A stretch of 61,515 bases of DNA, the filler included. It is 4 parts of 4 records of this genome, joined end to end, with 100 filler letters (N's around TTAATTAATTAA, not from the genome) between each part and the next. Parts side by side here need not be neighbours in the genome. Positions count along the whole stretch, not along the records: positions 28,845 to 39,417 come from DRR723986_8407; 3 more parts are not named here. The stretch is one strand, 5' to 3'. A program made the position numbers and the translations under genes. Under the pieces are notes generated by a model. It was not told where the DNA came from, did not search any database, and worked only from the letters and a program-made list of their open reading frames with translations. This document shows positions 30,254-39,517 of this stretch, in pieces (within the stretch, counting starts at the first letter, position 1; every line of letters starts with the position of its first letter).

Positions 30254-32098
30254 TTACAGATCGAACCGCCAAGGGGCGAAGAGCGTAAACACGCACCAAA
30301 GCACAAAAACAAGCGGTCCGCCGAAGCGGACGAAGTCCCCGAAGCGGTAATGACCGGGGCCCATGACCAGCATGTTCGTCTGATAGGCGATCGGCGTCGC
30401 GAAACTGCAATTGGCACCGTAAATGACCGCCAGCAGGAAAGGCAGAGGGTCGGACACGTTCAATTCATGCGCCGCCGAGAGGGCAATCGGGGAGAACAGG
30501 ATGGCCGTGGCGGCGTTCGAGAGCAGGTTGGTCAGGATGGCCACTGCCAGGAACAGGGCCGACAGAACGGCCAGTGTGCCGAAAGGCGAGGCGACATTGA
30601 CCACGGCGTGCGCAATGAAGGAGGCCGCGCCGGTCTTCTCCAGCGCCATGCCCATGGCGAGCGCCGCGCCGATGACGAGGAAGATGCGCAAATCCAGCGA
30701 CCGGCTGGCCTGCCGGTAGTTCAGGCAGCCCGTGACCAGCATGGCCACGGCGCTGAGCACTGATGCATGCAGGATCGACAGGACGCCGGAGGCAGCAGAA
30801 ATGACAAGCGCGAGCGAGATCACCCGCGCAGCAAGGGCCTTGGTGGTCAGCGGGATTTCGGTCTGGGACCATTCCAGCAGGATCAGGTCGCGGCTCTGGC
30901 GCAGTTCCAGGAAGGCGTCCGGCGGGCCGCACAGCAGCAGCGTGTCGCCCGATTCCAGGCGGATCTCGCCGAGCTTGGTGCGGATCATGCGGCTGCGGCG
31001 CTGGATGCCCAGCGTCACGGCGCGGGTGAGGCGGCGGAAGCCAAGCATCTCGACCGTCCGGCCCACCATCCGGGAGCCGGGCGCGATGACGGCTTCGGTC
31101 AGCGACAGGCGGCGCGGTTTGCCGCTGTCGTCGAGGTCTCCGCCCGCAGACTGCCAGACCTGCTGCAGGAAGTCCGGCTGGCGGGCCAGAACGTTCTGAA
31201 GCGCCGCGCGCGTTGCGGCCACGATGACAAGGTCGCCGGGGCGCAGCTTGATGTCTTCATAGGGCGGCAGGAATGCGCGTTCGCCGCGCTGGATCATGCG
31301 CACGGTCATGTCGGGCAGGTCGGTGAACATGCCTGCGACGGGCTTCTTGCCCTCCAGGAAGTGACCCTGCGTGACTTCGATCTGCGTCAGGAACTGCTTT
31401 GACGAGGTCGGCGCGATGTCTTCCGTCAGGCCCTCGCGGACCGGCAGCAGGAAGCGCGAGAAAACCAGGAGGTAGACCATGCCCGCGGCGGCCAGGATGA
31501 GGCCCATCGGCGACTGTTCGAAAAAGCCAAGTTGGCGGCCTTCGAGCCGGTCAAAGGCTTCGGCGGCCAGCAGGTTGGTCGACGTACCGATCAGTGTCGT
31601 CATCCCGGCGAAGATCGAAATGAAGCTGAGCGGCATCATCAGTTTCGAGGCCGAGGATTTCATCCGATGGGCGATGGCGCTCATCACCGGCAGGAACATG
31701 ATCACGATCGGCGTATTGTTGACGAAGGCGCTGATCCCGAACACGGCGAGGAAGGCGAGCAGAAGCGTGATCCGCGGGCGCCGGTCATAGCCAGACAGCA
31801 GCGCTTTGGTCGGGCCTTCAAGGGCGCCGGTCTGGAACAGGCCCTGGCCGACGACCAGCAGGGCCATGATGGTGATCAGGGCCGGATTACCGAAACCGGA
31901 GAGCAGGTCCTGCGCGCTGATCGGGGTGCCGTCTTCGCCATGCGCGCCGGGCAGGGTGAACAGGACCAGCAGCGCTGCGATCACGCAGACAGAGACCAGC
32001 TCCATCGACCAGCGGTCCAGCATGTAGAAACAAATGGCAGCCAGGACGACGCCAAGGCTCGCCCACATGGTCCAATGTGTCAGGAATTCTGCGAGCAT
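30254..32098 (-). CDS. SLC13/DASS family permease with TrkA-C domains
   Basis: SAFVNNTP, TLIGTSTNL, LSNAAT, TPIAYQTN, GDF. Confidence 0.9.
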   Translation of the reverse strand: MLAEFLTHWTMWASLGVVLAAICFYMLDRWSMELVSVCVIAALLVLFTLPGAHGEDGTPISAQDLLSGFGNPALITIMALLVVGQGLFQTGALEGPTKALLSGYDRRPRITLLLAFLAVFGISAFVNNTPIVIMFLPVMSAIAHRMKSSASKLMMPLSFISIFAGMTTLIGTSTNLLAAEAFDRLEGRQLGFFEQSPMGLILAAAGMVYLLVFSRFLLPVREGLTEDIAPTSSKQFLTQIEVTQGHFLEGKKPVAGMFTDLPDMTVRMIQRGERAFLPPYEDIKLRPGDLVIVAATRAALQNVLARQPDFLQQVWQSAGGDLDDSGKPRRLSLTEAVIAPGSRMVGRTVEMLGFRRLTRAVTLGIQRRSRMIRTKLGEIRLESGDTLLLCGPPDAFLELRQSRDLILLEWSQTEIPLTTKALAARVISLALVISAASGVLSILHASVLSAVAMLVTGCLNYRQASRSLDLRIFLVIGAALAMGMALEKTGAASFIAHAVVNVASPFGTLAVLSALFLAVAILTNLLSNAATAILFSPIALSAAHELNVSDPLPFLLAVIYGANCSFATPIAYQTNMLVMGPGHYRFGDFVRFGGPLVFVLWCVFTLFAPWRFDL

Positions 32099-32144
32099 CA
32101 GGGCTCCGGGACTTTCTGGTATAGCCCCCGGAAACCGGAGGGCG

Positions 32145-32831
32145 TTAACCCTCTACTTGGACCAGTATGCTGACCCGCCGGTTAACGGGCAAGTGGGGCT
32201 GAGCCGGGATGAGGGGCCGAGTATCGGCCAGACCGGCCACGCCGCGAATACGTTCCGCAGCGACACCTGCGGCTTGGAGGATACGCCGGGCCTCGTTTGC
32301 CCGGTCCGAAGACAGCTCCCAGTTGGAGTAACCGGGGGTCAGGCTCGGGAAGGCGTCGGTATGACCTTCAAGGACAAGTGTACCCTTCGTACCGGCCAGT
32401 GCGTCCGCCGTGTCGCGGGCGAGGGCCAGGCCGGATTCGGTGAAGCGGCCATCGGCGCGGTCGAACAGCGGACGCTCTGCCGTGTCGACGAGGTCAATGC
32501 GGATACCGTCTGCCTCTTTTGCCAGCACCACGCTGGCGCCGGCGGCAACAAGCGCCGGGTTTTCGCTGAGCGCGCTGAACACGCGGTCAGCTGCCGAGGG
32601 GCCGGATTGTACCGAGACGGCGGTGGCGGCGTCCGGGGCACGGTTATGGAAATAGTCGGCAATCTCGGCGCGGTCGTCGGCGGATACGCCGCTGACCAGC
32701 CACATGAGAAGGAAAAACGCCATGAGCGCGGTCAGGAAGTCGGCATAGGCCATCTTCCAGGTGCCGGCCTTTCGGGCGGGCGCAACGGGCATTCTGCCCG
32801 CGCCTTGTGAAGAGTAAGTGGCATAAGCCAT
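32145..32831 (-). CDS. motB: Flagellar motor protein MotB (short form)
   Basis: WKMAYADFLTALMAFFLLMWL transmembrane segment; EGHTD, NWELSSDRA, NRRV OmpA-like motifs. Confidence 0.88.
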   Translation of the reverse strand: MAYATYSSQGAGRMPVAPARKAGTWKMAYADFLTALMAFFLLMWLVSGVSADDRAEIADYFHNRAPDAATAVSVQSGPSAADRVFSALSENPALVAAGASVVLAKEADGIRIDLVDTAERPLFDRADGRFTESGLALARDTADALAGTKGTLVLEGHTDAFPSLTPGYSNWELSSDRANEARRILQAAGVAAERIRGVAGLADTRPLIPAQPHLPVNRRVSILVQVEG

Positions 32832-32964
32832 CTGCTCGCTCGAACCCTCTCCTTCTGAGTGGTCTGCCTGTATTAGCAGGCCTTGGTGAAGGTCAGGTCA
32901 CGCCAGACGGTGGGATTTCGATGAAATTCGATCTATCTGGTACGGGCGCAATTGGAGAATCGAC

Positions 32965-33822
32965 ATGGCACGCACGGCATTTCTTGGCCTCGGAGTGATG
33001 GGGTTTCACATGGCGAGCCATCTCGCCGCGAAGGGGCACGAGGTCGTGGTGTGGAACCGGACCCATGCCAAGGCCGAGAACTGGGCGACCCAGCACAAGG
33101 GCGAAGTGGCCAGGGACCCGGCCTCTGCGGCCTTCGGCGCTGAATATGTCCTGCTGTGCCTCGGCGACGATCCGGACGTGGCCGAAGTCTTTGCCGCGCT
33201 GGAGCCGAGCGTGGCGGCTGGCATGGTGATCGTCGACCACACGACCGCCTCGGCAGACCTTGCGCGCGATCTCTATGCCCGCTGCAAGGCGAAGGGTGCG
33301 CATTTCCTGGATGCGCCGATCTCCGGCGGCGAAGCCGGCGCGCGCAATGGCGCCCTGACCATCATGTGCGGCGGCGACGACCCGACCTTCGAACAGGCCC
33401 AGTCGATCATGGCAGCCTATGGCAAGCGGATGACCCACATCGGTTGTGCCGGGTCCGGCCAGCTGGCCAAGTCCGTCAACCAGATCTGTATCGCCGGCAT
33501 CGTGCAGGGCCTCGCCGAAGGCCTGCATTTCGCGGAGAAAGCGGGGCTGGACGCCGCGGCGGTGATCGAGGCGATCAGCGGCGGGGCGGCGCAGAGCTGG
33601 CAGATGGAAAACCGCTGGAAGACGATGGTGGATGATCATTACACGCACGGATTTGCCGTCGACTGGATGCGCAAGGATTTGCGCATCACGCTGGAGGCGG
33701 CCCGCGACAATGGTGCGACCCTGCCGGTGACTGCATTGGTTGACCAGTTCTATGCCGACGTGCAGGCCATGGGCGGCAATCGCTGGGATACGTCCAGCCT
33801 TCTGGCCCGGCTGAAGCGCTGA
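32965..33822 (+). CDS. NAD(P)-dependent oxidoreductase, 3-hydroxyisobutyrate dehydrogenase family
   Basis: FLGLGVMG, DAPISGG, KSVNQ, KDL. Confidence 0.9.
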   Translation: MARTAFLGLGVMGFHMASHLAAKGHEVVVWNRTHAKAENWATQHKGEVARDPASAAFGAEYVLLCLGDDPDVAEVFAALEPSVAAGMVIVDHTTASADLARDLYARCKAKGAHFLDAPISGGEAGARNGALTIMCGGDDPTFEQAQSIMAAYGKRMTHIGCAGSGQLAKSVNQICIAGIVQGLAEGLHFAEKAGLDAAAVIEAISGGAAQSWQMENRWKTMVDDHYTHGFAVDWMRKDLRITLEAARDNGATLPVTALVDQFYADVQAMGGNRWDTSSLLARLKR

Positions 33823-33832
33823 GGTTCGCGGA

Positions 33833-34834
33833 GTGAGACGCCTCGACATTCATCTGACGGCGGACGAGCGGCTTGATGTCGTCCTGCGTGCCGTCAAGGC
33901 CTCGGACCCTGTGGACTATTATGTCCTCGACACCGAACAGAAGGACCGCAAGCTGGTGTCCGTCTTCGTCCGTGAAGGCGTGGAACAAACGCTGATGGAC
34001 AATGTCCAGTCCGCCCTGGAAGGGGCAAATGGCTGGCGCATCTCCATCCTTCCCATCGAGGCAACAGCCCCCAAGCTGGAAGAGCCGAAACCCGGCAAGG
34101 AAGCGAAATCCACACAGGCGACCCGCGAGGAAATCTATTCCGACGTGGCAAGCGGTGCGCGCTTTGACCGGAACTTCTTCATCATGGTGGTGCTCTCCAC
34201 CATCGTGGCGGCAATTGGCCTGAACTCCGACGGGGTGGCGGCTGTGATCGGCGCGATGGTGATTGCGCCGCTGCTGGGGCCGGTGCTCGGTTTTTCCATG
34301 GGCGCGGCGCTTGGCGATTTTGCGATGCTGAAGCGGGCAACCGTGACGCTGGCGGCCGGCATCGGCACGGCGCTTGCCTGTTCGCTTCTCCTGTCTTTCC
34401 TGCTGCCGATTGACCTGCAGAGCCATGAGCTGATGTCGCGCGCGGAGGTCCGTCTTGACGGACTGGCGCTTGCCATGGCGGCGGGCGGAGCTGCGGCGCT
34501 TTCGCTGACGCGTAGCCAGTCAGCCGCGCTCGTGGGCGTCATGGTGGCCGCAGCCCTGCTGCCGCCGGGCGCAGCCGTTGGCCTTTTCATGGGGGCAGGC
34601 GAGTGGGCGCTGGCCCTGCGAGCCTGCCTGCTGCTGGCGCTGAACGTGGCGGCGCTGATCCTGTCGGCCTTGATCGTGTTCCGGTTGCGCCGCATCCGGC
34701 CGCGCTCCTGGATCGAGCAGAAGAATGCCAATCGGGCTGTCCTGCTGAATGCCCTCTTATCGGGCTTTGTGCTGATCGTCTCCGTCGCGCTGATACTTTA
34801 TCTTGATCTCGGGAACAAAGTATCGATCGGGTAG
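33833..34834 (+). CDS. TIGR00341/DUF389 family membrane protein
   Basis: VIGAMVIAPLLGP, LVGVMVAAALLPP; GTG start. Confidence 0.85.
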   Translation: MRRLDIHLTADERLDVVLRAVKASDPVDYYVLDTEQKDRKLVSVFVREGVEQTLMDNVQSALEGANGWRISILPIEATAPKLEEPKPGKEAKSTQATREEIYSDVASGARFDRNFFIMVVLSTIVAAIGLNSDGVAAVIGAMVIAPLLGPVLGFSMGAALGDFAMLKRATVTLAAGIGTALACSLLLSFLLPIDLQSHELMSRAEVRLDGLALAMAAGGAAALSLTRSQSAALVGVMVAAALLPPGAAVGLFMGAGEWALALRACLLLALNVAALILSALIVFRLRRIRPRSWIEQKNANRAVLLNALLSGFVLIVSVALILYLDLGNKVSIG

Positions 34835-34862
34835 TGCGAAACAGACTAGCGCAGAGACTCAG

Positions 34863-35417
34863 ATGAATGATCCAGCTCGATTCCGATCGCGGATTGCGAC
34901 GGAAGACGATATTCCCGCGATCACTGAGCTGATGCGCGCTTCCATCGCGGTCAACATGCGGGCTTTCCTGTCCGAACCGGAGATCAAGGCCGCGCAGGAG
35001 ACGATGGGCGTCGACCGCAGCCTGATCTCAGACGGGACCTATTTCGTCATTGAAACCGATGTGGACGGCGAAACGGCCATGGTGGCCTGCGGTGGCTGGG
35101 GCAAGCGGCGGACGCTTTATGGCGGGGACCACTCACCCGGACGGGACGACACCCTTTCTGATCCGGCAACCGATGCAGCGCGAATCCGCGCCATGTACTC
35201 CCATCCTGACTGGATCCGTCAGGGCCTCGGCACCTTGCTGCTGGAACTGGGAGAGAGCGCGGCCCGGAATGCAGGTTTTACGACAATCGAGCTGGGGTCC
35301 ACCGTCCCTGGCCGTCCGCTCTATGAGGCCCGCGGCTACGAAGCTTACCATATCGAACACCACACCGGCGCAAACGGAGAGCGGAATACCGTGATCCACA
35401 TGCGCAAGCCGCTGTAA
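34863..35417 (+). CDS. GNAT family N-acetyltransferase
   Basis: IRAMYSHPDWIRQGLG acetyl-CoA motif; LYEARGY. Confidence 0.85.
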   Translation: MNDPARFRSRIATEDDIPAITELMRASIAVNMRAFLSEPEIKAAQETMGVDRSLISDGTYFVIETDVDGETAMVACGGWGKRRTLYGGDHSPGRDDTLSDPATDAARIRAMYSHPDWIRQGLGTLLLELGESAARNAGFTTIELGSTVPGRPLYEARGYEAYHIEHHTGANGERNTVIHMRKPL

Positions 35418-35544
35418 GCAGGCAGGGCGGGCGGGTTTACATCCGGGCCTGAACTTCTAGGTTGGGGAGTGAGACCCCCAAAGCACCCGCGAGAGCGACG
35501 CGGCCTTTGATGACCCACACCCTACCGAAAAGATTGGATTTATT

Positions 35545-35982
35545 ATGACGCAGGTCAAAAACGGCGACACCGTAAGCATTCACTATAAAGGGACGCTGAG
35601 CGACGGCACCACGTTCGACAGCTCCGAAGGGCGCGATCCGCTGGCTTTCCAGGTCGGCTCCGGGCAAATCATCCCGGGCCTCGATTCGGCCATTCCGGGC
35701 ATGGCAGTCGGCGACAAGAAAACCGTCAACGTGCCGTGCGATCAGGCCTACGGCCCGGTCAATCCGGACATGCGCCAGCAAGTTCAGCGTACGGAAATTC
35801 CAGCTGAAATTCCGACCGAAGTCGGCACCCGCCTGCAGATGCAGGCCCAGAACGGCCAGGTCATTCCGGTTGTCGTGGTCGATGCCAACGAAACCACCGT
35901 GACGCTGGATGCCAACCACCCGCTGGCCGGTCAGGACCTGACCTTCGCCATCGAACTGGTCGACATCCAACCGGCCGCCTGA
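35545..35982 (+). CDS. FKBP-type peptidyl-prolyl isomerase (SlyD/SlpA-like, no His-rich tail)
   Basis: HYKGTL.DGTTFDSS, IIPGLD, AYG, DANHPLAG. Confidence 0.92.
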   Translation: MTQVKNGDTVSIHYKGTLSDGTTFDSSEGRDPLAFQVGSGQIIPGLDSAIPGMAVGDKKTVNVPCDQAYGPVNPDMRQQVQRTEIPAEIPTEVGTRLQMQAQNGQVIPVVVVDANETTVTLDANHPLAGQDLTFAIELVDIQPAA

Positions 35983-36017
35983 CGCGCCAGCATTCAGCAA
36001 CGCAAATCCGATAAAAC

Positions 36018-36055
36018 AAAAGGGGGAGAGCGGATGTCCGTTCTCCCCCTTTTTT
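36018..36055. terminator. Bidirectional intrinsic terminator between the PPIase and hydrolase genes
   Basis: AAAAGGGGGAGAGCGGA-TG-TCCGTTCTCCCCCTTTTT hairpin flanked by A and T tracts. Confidence 0.85.
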
Positions 36056-36908
36056 ATTCTGCCGGAACCGCCGTGAACTCTTCTTTCCAGGCGGTCATTT
36101 CTTCGCGGTTGTCATGGTCCCACGGGTGGAAGCCCGGCTTGAACCAGGAGAGCCACGTCTTCCAGCCCTTGCCGAACAGGGACGGTTTCTTCCAGAGGAA
36201 GGCCTTCACGGCGCGGTCGGCCTCTTCCTGCGTGTAACCGTCCGCCATCAGCAGCTGGGCGGAGTAACCGGCAATATTGTTCGTGAAATTGCTGGTGATG
36301 ATCAGCATGGACATGCAGCGGCGATAATAGCGCTTCAGGGGCGACCAGTTTTTCGTCGCTTCGAGGAAGACGTCATAGGCGACGGCTTTGTGCTCGGTCT
36401 CTTCCATGGCGTGCCAGCGCCACAGGCGCTCCAGTGCCGGGTCGGTCTTGCTGAACAGCTGGCCGTAATCGGTATCCAGATCCATCATCAGGTCCGCCAT
36501 CATGGCGGTGAAGTGCTCCAGGCAGATCGTCGCGATCAGCATACGGAACGGCCCGCCATCATAAGCGAACTTCACTTTCTCGCGGATCTTCGCCTCGATC
36601 ACGTCGACCGGGTATTTCGCCCGGTCGATCTTGTTGTTCAGCAGGTGATGCTCACGCGAGTGGATGGCCTCCTGGCGGATGAAGTCTTTCACGTCCTGCG
36701 CCAGCTTGCCCGAGACGTCATTCTTGTAGGCCTTCACCGCGTCGATGAACATGCGCTCGCCATCGGGGAAGGTCAGCGACATGGCATTGAACACGGCCGT
36801 GGCGACCGGGTCGCCGTCCAGCCATGGGCCATTATCGGCGGCGGCCATATCGAAATGCAGGTCGCGGGGCAGAATCGTTACATCTTCGGGGGTGCGCTTG
36901 GTCGTCAT
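36054..36908 (-). CDS. Predicted metal-dependent hydrolase (ferritin-like, ExxH motifs)
   Basis: FPDGE..FI, QEAIHSREH, LEHFTA, WHAMEETEHK, PGFHPWD. Confidence 0.85.
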   Translation of the reverse strand: MTTKRTPEDVTILPRDLHFDMAAADNGPWLDGDPVATAVFNAMSLTFPDGERMFIDAVKAYKNDVSGKLAQDVKDFIRQEAIHSREHHLLNNKIDRAKYPVDVIEAKIREKVKFAYDGGPFRMLIATICLEHFTAMMADLMMDLDTDYGQLFSKTDPALERLWRWHAMEETEHKAVAYDVFLEATKNWSPLKRYYRRCMSMLIITSNFTNNIAGYSAQLLMADGYTQEEADRAVKAFLWKKPSLFGKGWKTWLSWFKPGFHPWDHDNREEMTAWKEEFTAVPAE

Positions 36909-36968
36909 GGTGCTAGGAACCTTGAGGAAATATCTGGACAATAGTCTTATGCTGACAAATAACACTAC

Positions 36969-36982
36969 TGACAAAAATGTCA
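36969..36982. promoter_or_regulatory. Probable TetR operator, inverted repeat TGACA-AAAA-TGTCA
   Basis: Inverted repeat between divergent genes, overlapping the TetR ATG. Confidence 0.55.
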
Positions 36983-37579
36983 ATAAAGAGTAACGACCCC
37001 CCGAGAATCCGGCGCAGTCCGGAAGAATCCCGCGCCAATATCCTGGCGGCGGCTGAGCAGCTATTGGTGGAACGGGGGCCGCAATCCCTGCGGCTGGCGG
37101 ACGTGGCAAAGGCCGCCGGCGTCGCCAATGCCACGGTGCTGCACCATTTCGGCTCCATCGATGCCGTCCAGCAGGCGCTGATGGAACAGATGATCGGCGA
37201 CCTGGTCGAAAGCATCATGGCCATCGAGATCCCGGCCGATGCCCCAGCGGAGGCACGGGCCGTGGGCCTGAAGACATTGTTCGACGCCTTGGAGACGCCA
37301 GGCGCCGCACGCCTCGCCGCCTGGCTGGAACTGACCGACGAGACCGGCCGCCTGACTGTCGTGCGCGAGGCGGTTCAGGAAGTGGCGCAGAAGAAAATCT
37401 CGCAGGCCGGCGTGCCGGAAGACGTGGCCGAAGACATGATCCTTCTCAGCGTCACGCTGGCGCTCGGCGTCGGCTTGTTCGGGCCGTCACTGGGCAAACT
37501 GATCGGCAAGCCCGAGGGGCGGGCGAGGGAGCTGACACTGCAGATGCTGCTGGCGAACTTCCAGCGTTTGGCGGATTGA
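36977..37579 (+). CDS. TetR/AcrR family transcriptional regulator
   Basis: ILAAAEQLL..G...LRLADVAKAAGVANATVLHHFGS helix-turn-helix. Confidence 0.92.
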   Translation: MSIKSNDPPRIRRSPEESRANILAAAEQLLVERGPQSLRLADVAKAAGVANATVLHHFGSIDAVQQALMEQMIGDLVESIMAIEIPADAPAEARAVGLKTLFDALETPGAARLAAWLELTDETGRLTVVREAVQEVAQKKISQAGVPEDVAEDMILLSVTLALGVGLFGPSLGKLIGKPEGRARELTLQMLLANFQRLAD

Positions 37580-37611
37580 GGGCCGAGCCGTTCTAGAGGG
37601 AGATCTGACTC

Positions 37612-39030
37612 ATGGCCTTGCGTTTTTTGCTCGCGATTGCCGCCACTTATGTTTTGGCAAGCTGCACGTCCACAGATCGCAGTGTTACGGGGGATCCAGA
37701 ATTTGGACCGGTTAAGCGACTGAGCGAAAACTCAGGCGCAATCGATGGAGTTTGGCAGTCACGCGGATATGGCTGGGTCTTCGAAATAAATGGCGATCAG
37801 CTGACGCAGTATCAGATCACATCGGAAATGTGCTTTGAGACGCCCGACGAGAGCAAAGCCCTGAGTGAGACGCTGTCTCTCGACTACCAACTGTTCAGGA
37901 AATCCGAAACGGGCGAGCAAGCCATATTGCAGCTGCTGCCAGACGATACTGAAATCCGGATCGATCGGATTGATCAGCTTCCCGTAGCATGTCGCGAAGA
38001 AGCGGCCTGGTCCAAGCAGGACACATACGACTATTTCGCAGCGATGATGGCCGAGCACTATGCCTTCTTCGACATTCGCCAGATCGATTGGAATACTCGC
38101 GTTGAACGGGCTCGCACTCAGCTTGACAACAAAATGACCGACGACGCTTTTTTTGACCTGCTGGCTTCAATGATCGATGGCTTCAGTGACTCTCATACGA
38201 AACTGATCGCTAACATTGATGAAGAGGCTCGCCGTCAACAGGACGGACTGGGGCAAACCCTGTCCGCAATTCGCGCCGTAGATCAGGAGACTCCCTGGCT
38301 GGTCGGCCTGTTCTCGGGGTTGCAAGAAAACGTCCTGGACGAAGGCAGTGTTCACACCGCGAATGACCGGATTCTGTGGGGCATGATCGATGGACGAATT
38401 GGATATATCCAAGTGCTGGTCATGGGAGGGTTCAGCGGAACTGATATCTCGGATCCGGAATTTCGAACGGCTGAGTTTGAGGTTTTTGACGCCGTTTTGG
38501 ATCGAGCGTTGGCAGAGATGGTAGGTGCCGATTTTGTCGTTCTCGATTTGTCGAACAACCGTGGAGGATATGACGCGATTTCCAGACGATTGGTTGCCCG
38601 TTTCGCGGAGGCGGACACCATCGCTTACGGAACAATGGTGCCACGTTCAGGGATTGAGGTCAGGCCACGATACGCCCGGGCAGAAGGAGGTGTGCGGTAT
38701 ACCGGCCCAGTTCTTCTTCTTACCAGCGATGTAACCGTGAGTGGGGGCGAACTCGCCACACTTGGGCTGCGCGCCCTTCCCAATGTCGTGCATATGGGGG
38801 GGGCCACGCGAGGGAGCTTTTCAACCGTGCTTGCCAAACCCTTACCAAATGGCTGGGTGGTTGAGCTGTCCAATGAAGTGATTTCCGGTCCCGGCGGCGA
38901 GGTCTTTGAGGAAACCGGAATTGCGCCTGAAGTTCCATTGGAAATGTTCCCAGTGGACGATCCGGTCGGTGGCTATTTCCTGGCGCTGAATAATGCGATT
39001 GAGTTCATGGATACCCATATCGCCAAGTAA
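37612..39030 (+). CDS. S41 family peptidase, lipoprotein
   Basis: Lipobox LASC; IGYI, LDLSNNRGG, TVSGGE, GGATRG, GIAPE. Confidence 0.85.
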   Translation: MALRFLLAIAATYVLASCTSTDRSVTGDPEFGPVKRLSENSGAIDGVWQSRGYGWVFEINGDQLTQYQITSEMCFETPDESKALSETLSLDYQLFRKSETGEQAILQLLPDDTEIRIDRIDQLPVACREEAAWSKQDTYDYFAAMMAEHYAFFDIRQIDWNTRVERARTQLDNKMTDDAFFDLLASMIDGFSDSHTKLIANIDEEARRQQDGLGQTLSAIRAVDQETPWLVGLFSGLQENVLDEGSVHTANDRILWGMIDGRIGYIQVLVMGGFSGTDISDPEFRTAEFEVFDAVLDRALAEMVGADFVVLDLSNNRGGYDAISRRLVARFAEADTIAYGTMVPRSGIEVRPRYARAEGGVRYTGPVLLLTSDVTVSGGELATLGLRALPNVVHMGGATRGSFSTVLAKPLPNGWVVELSNEVISGPGGEVFEETGIAPEVPLEMFPVDDPVGGYFLALNNAIEFMDTHIAK

Positions 39031-39085
39031 AGCGATCTTCAGGGTAGGTCTTGCGGACGCCTTCGCTTGTGCTGACGGCTGAGAT

Positions 39086-39417
<332 letters not shown>

Positions 39418-39517
39418 NNNNNNNNNNNNNNNNNNNNNNNNNNNNNNNNNNNNNNNNNNNNTTAATTAATTAANNNNNNNNNNNNNNNNNNNNNNNNNNN
39501 NNNNNNNNNNNNNNNNN
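39418..39517. other. Artificial contig spacer
   Basis: N-run with TTAATTAATTAA at 39462-39473. Confidence 0.99.

Noticed and set aside
25419-33822. Two very similar 3-hydroxyacid dehydrogenase genes (25419-26309 and 32965-33822) suggesting a duplication
   Set aside because: They lie on different contigs that appear to come from different organisms; most simply orthologues
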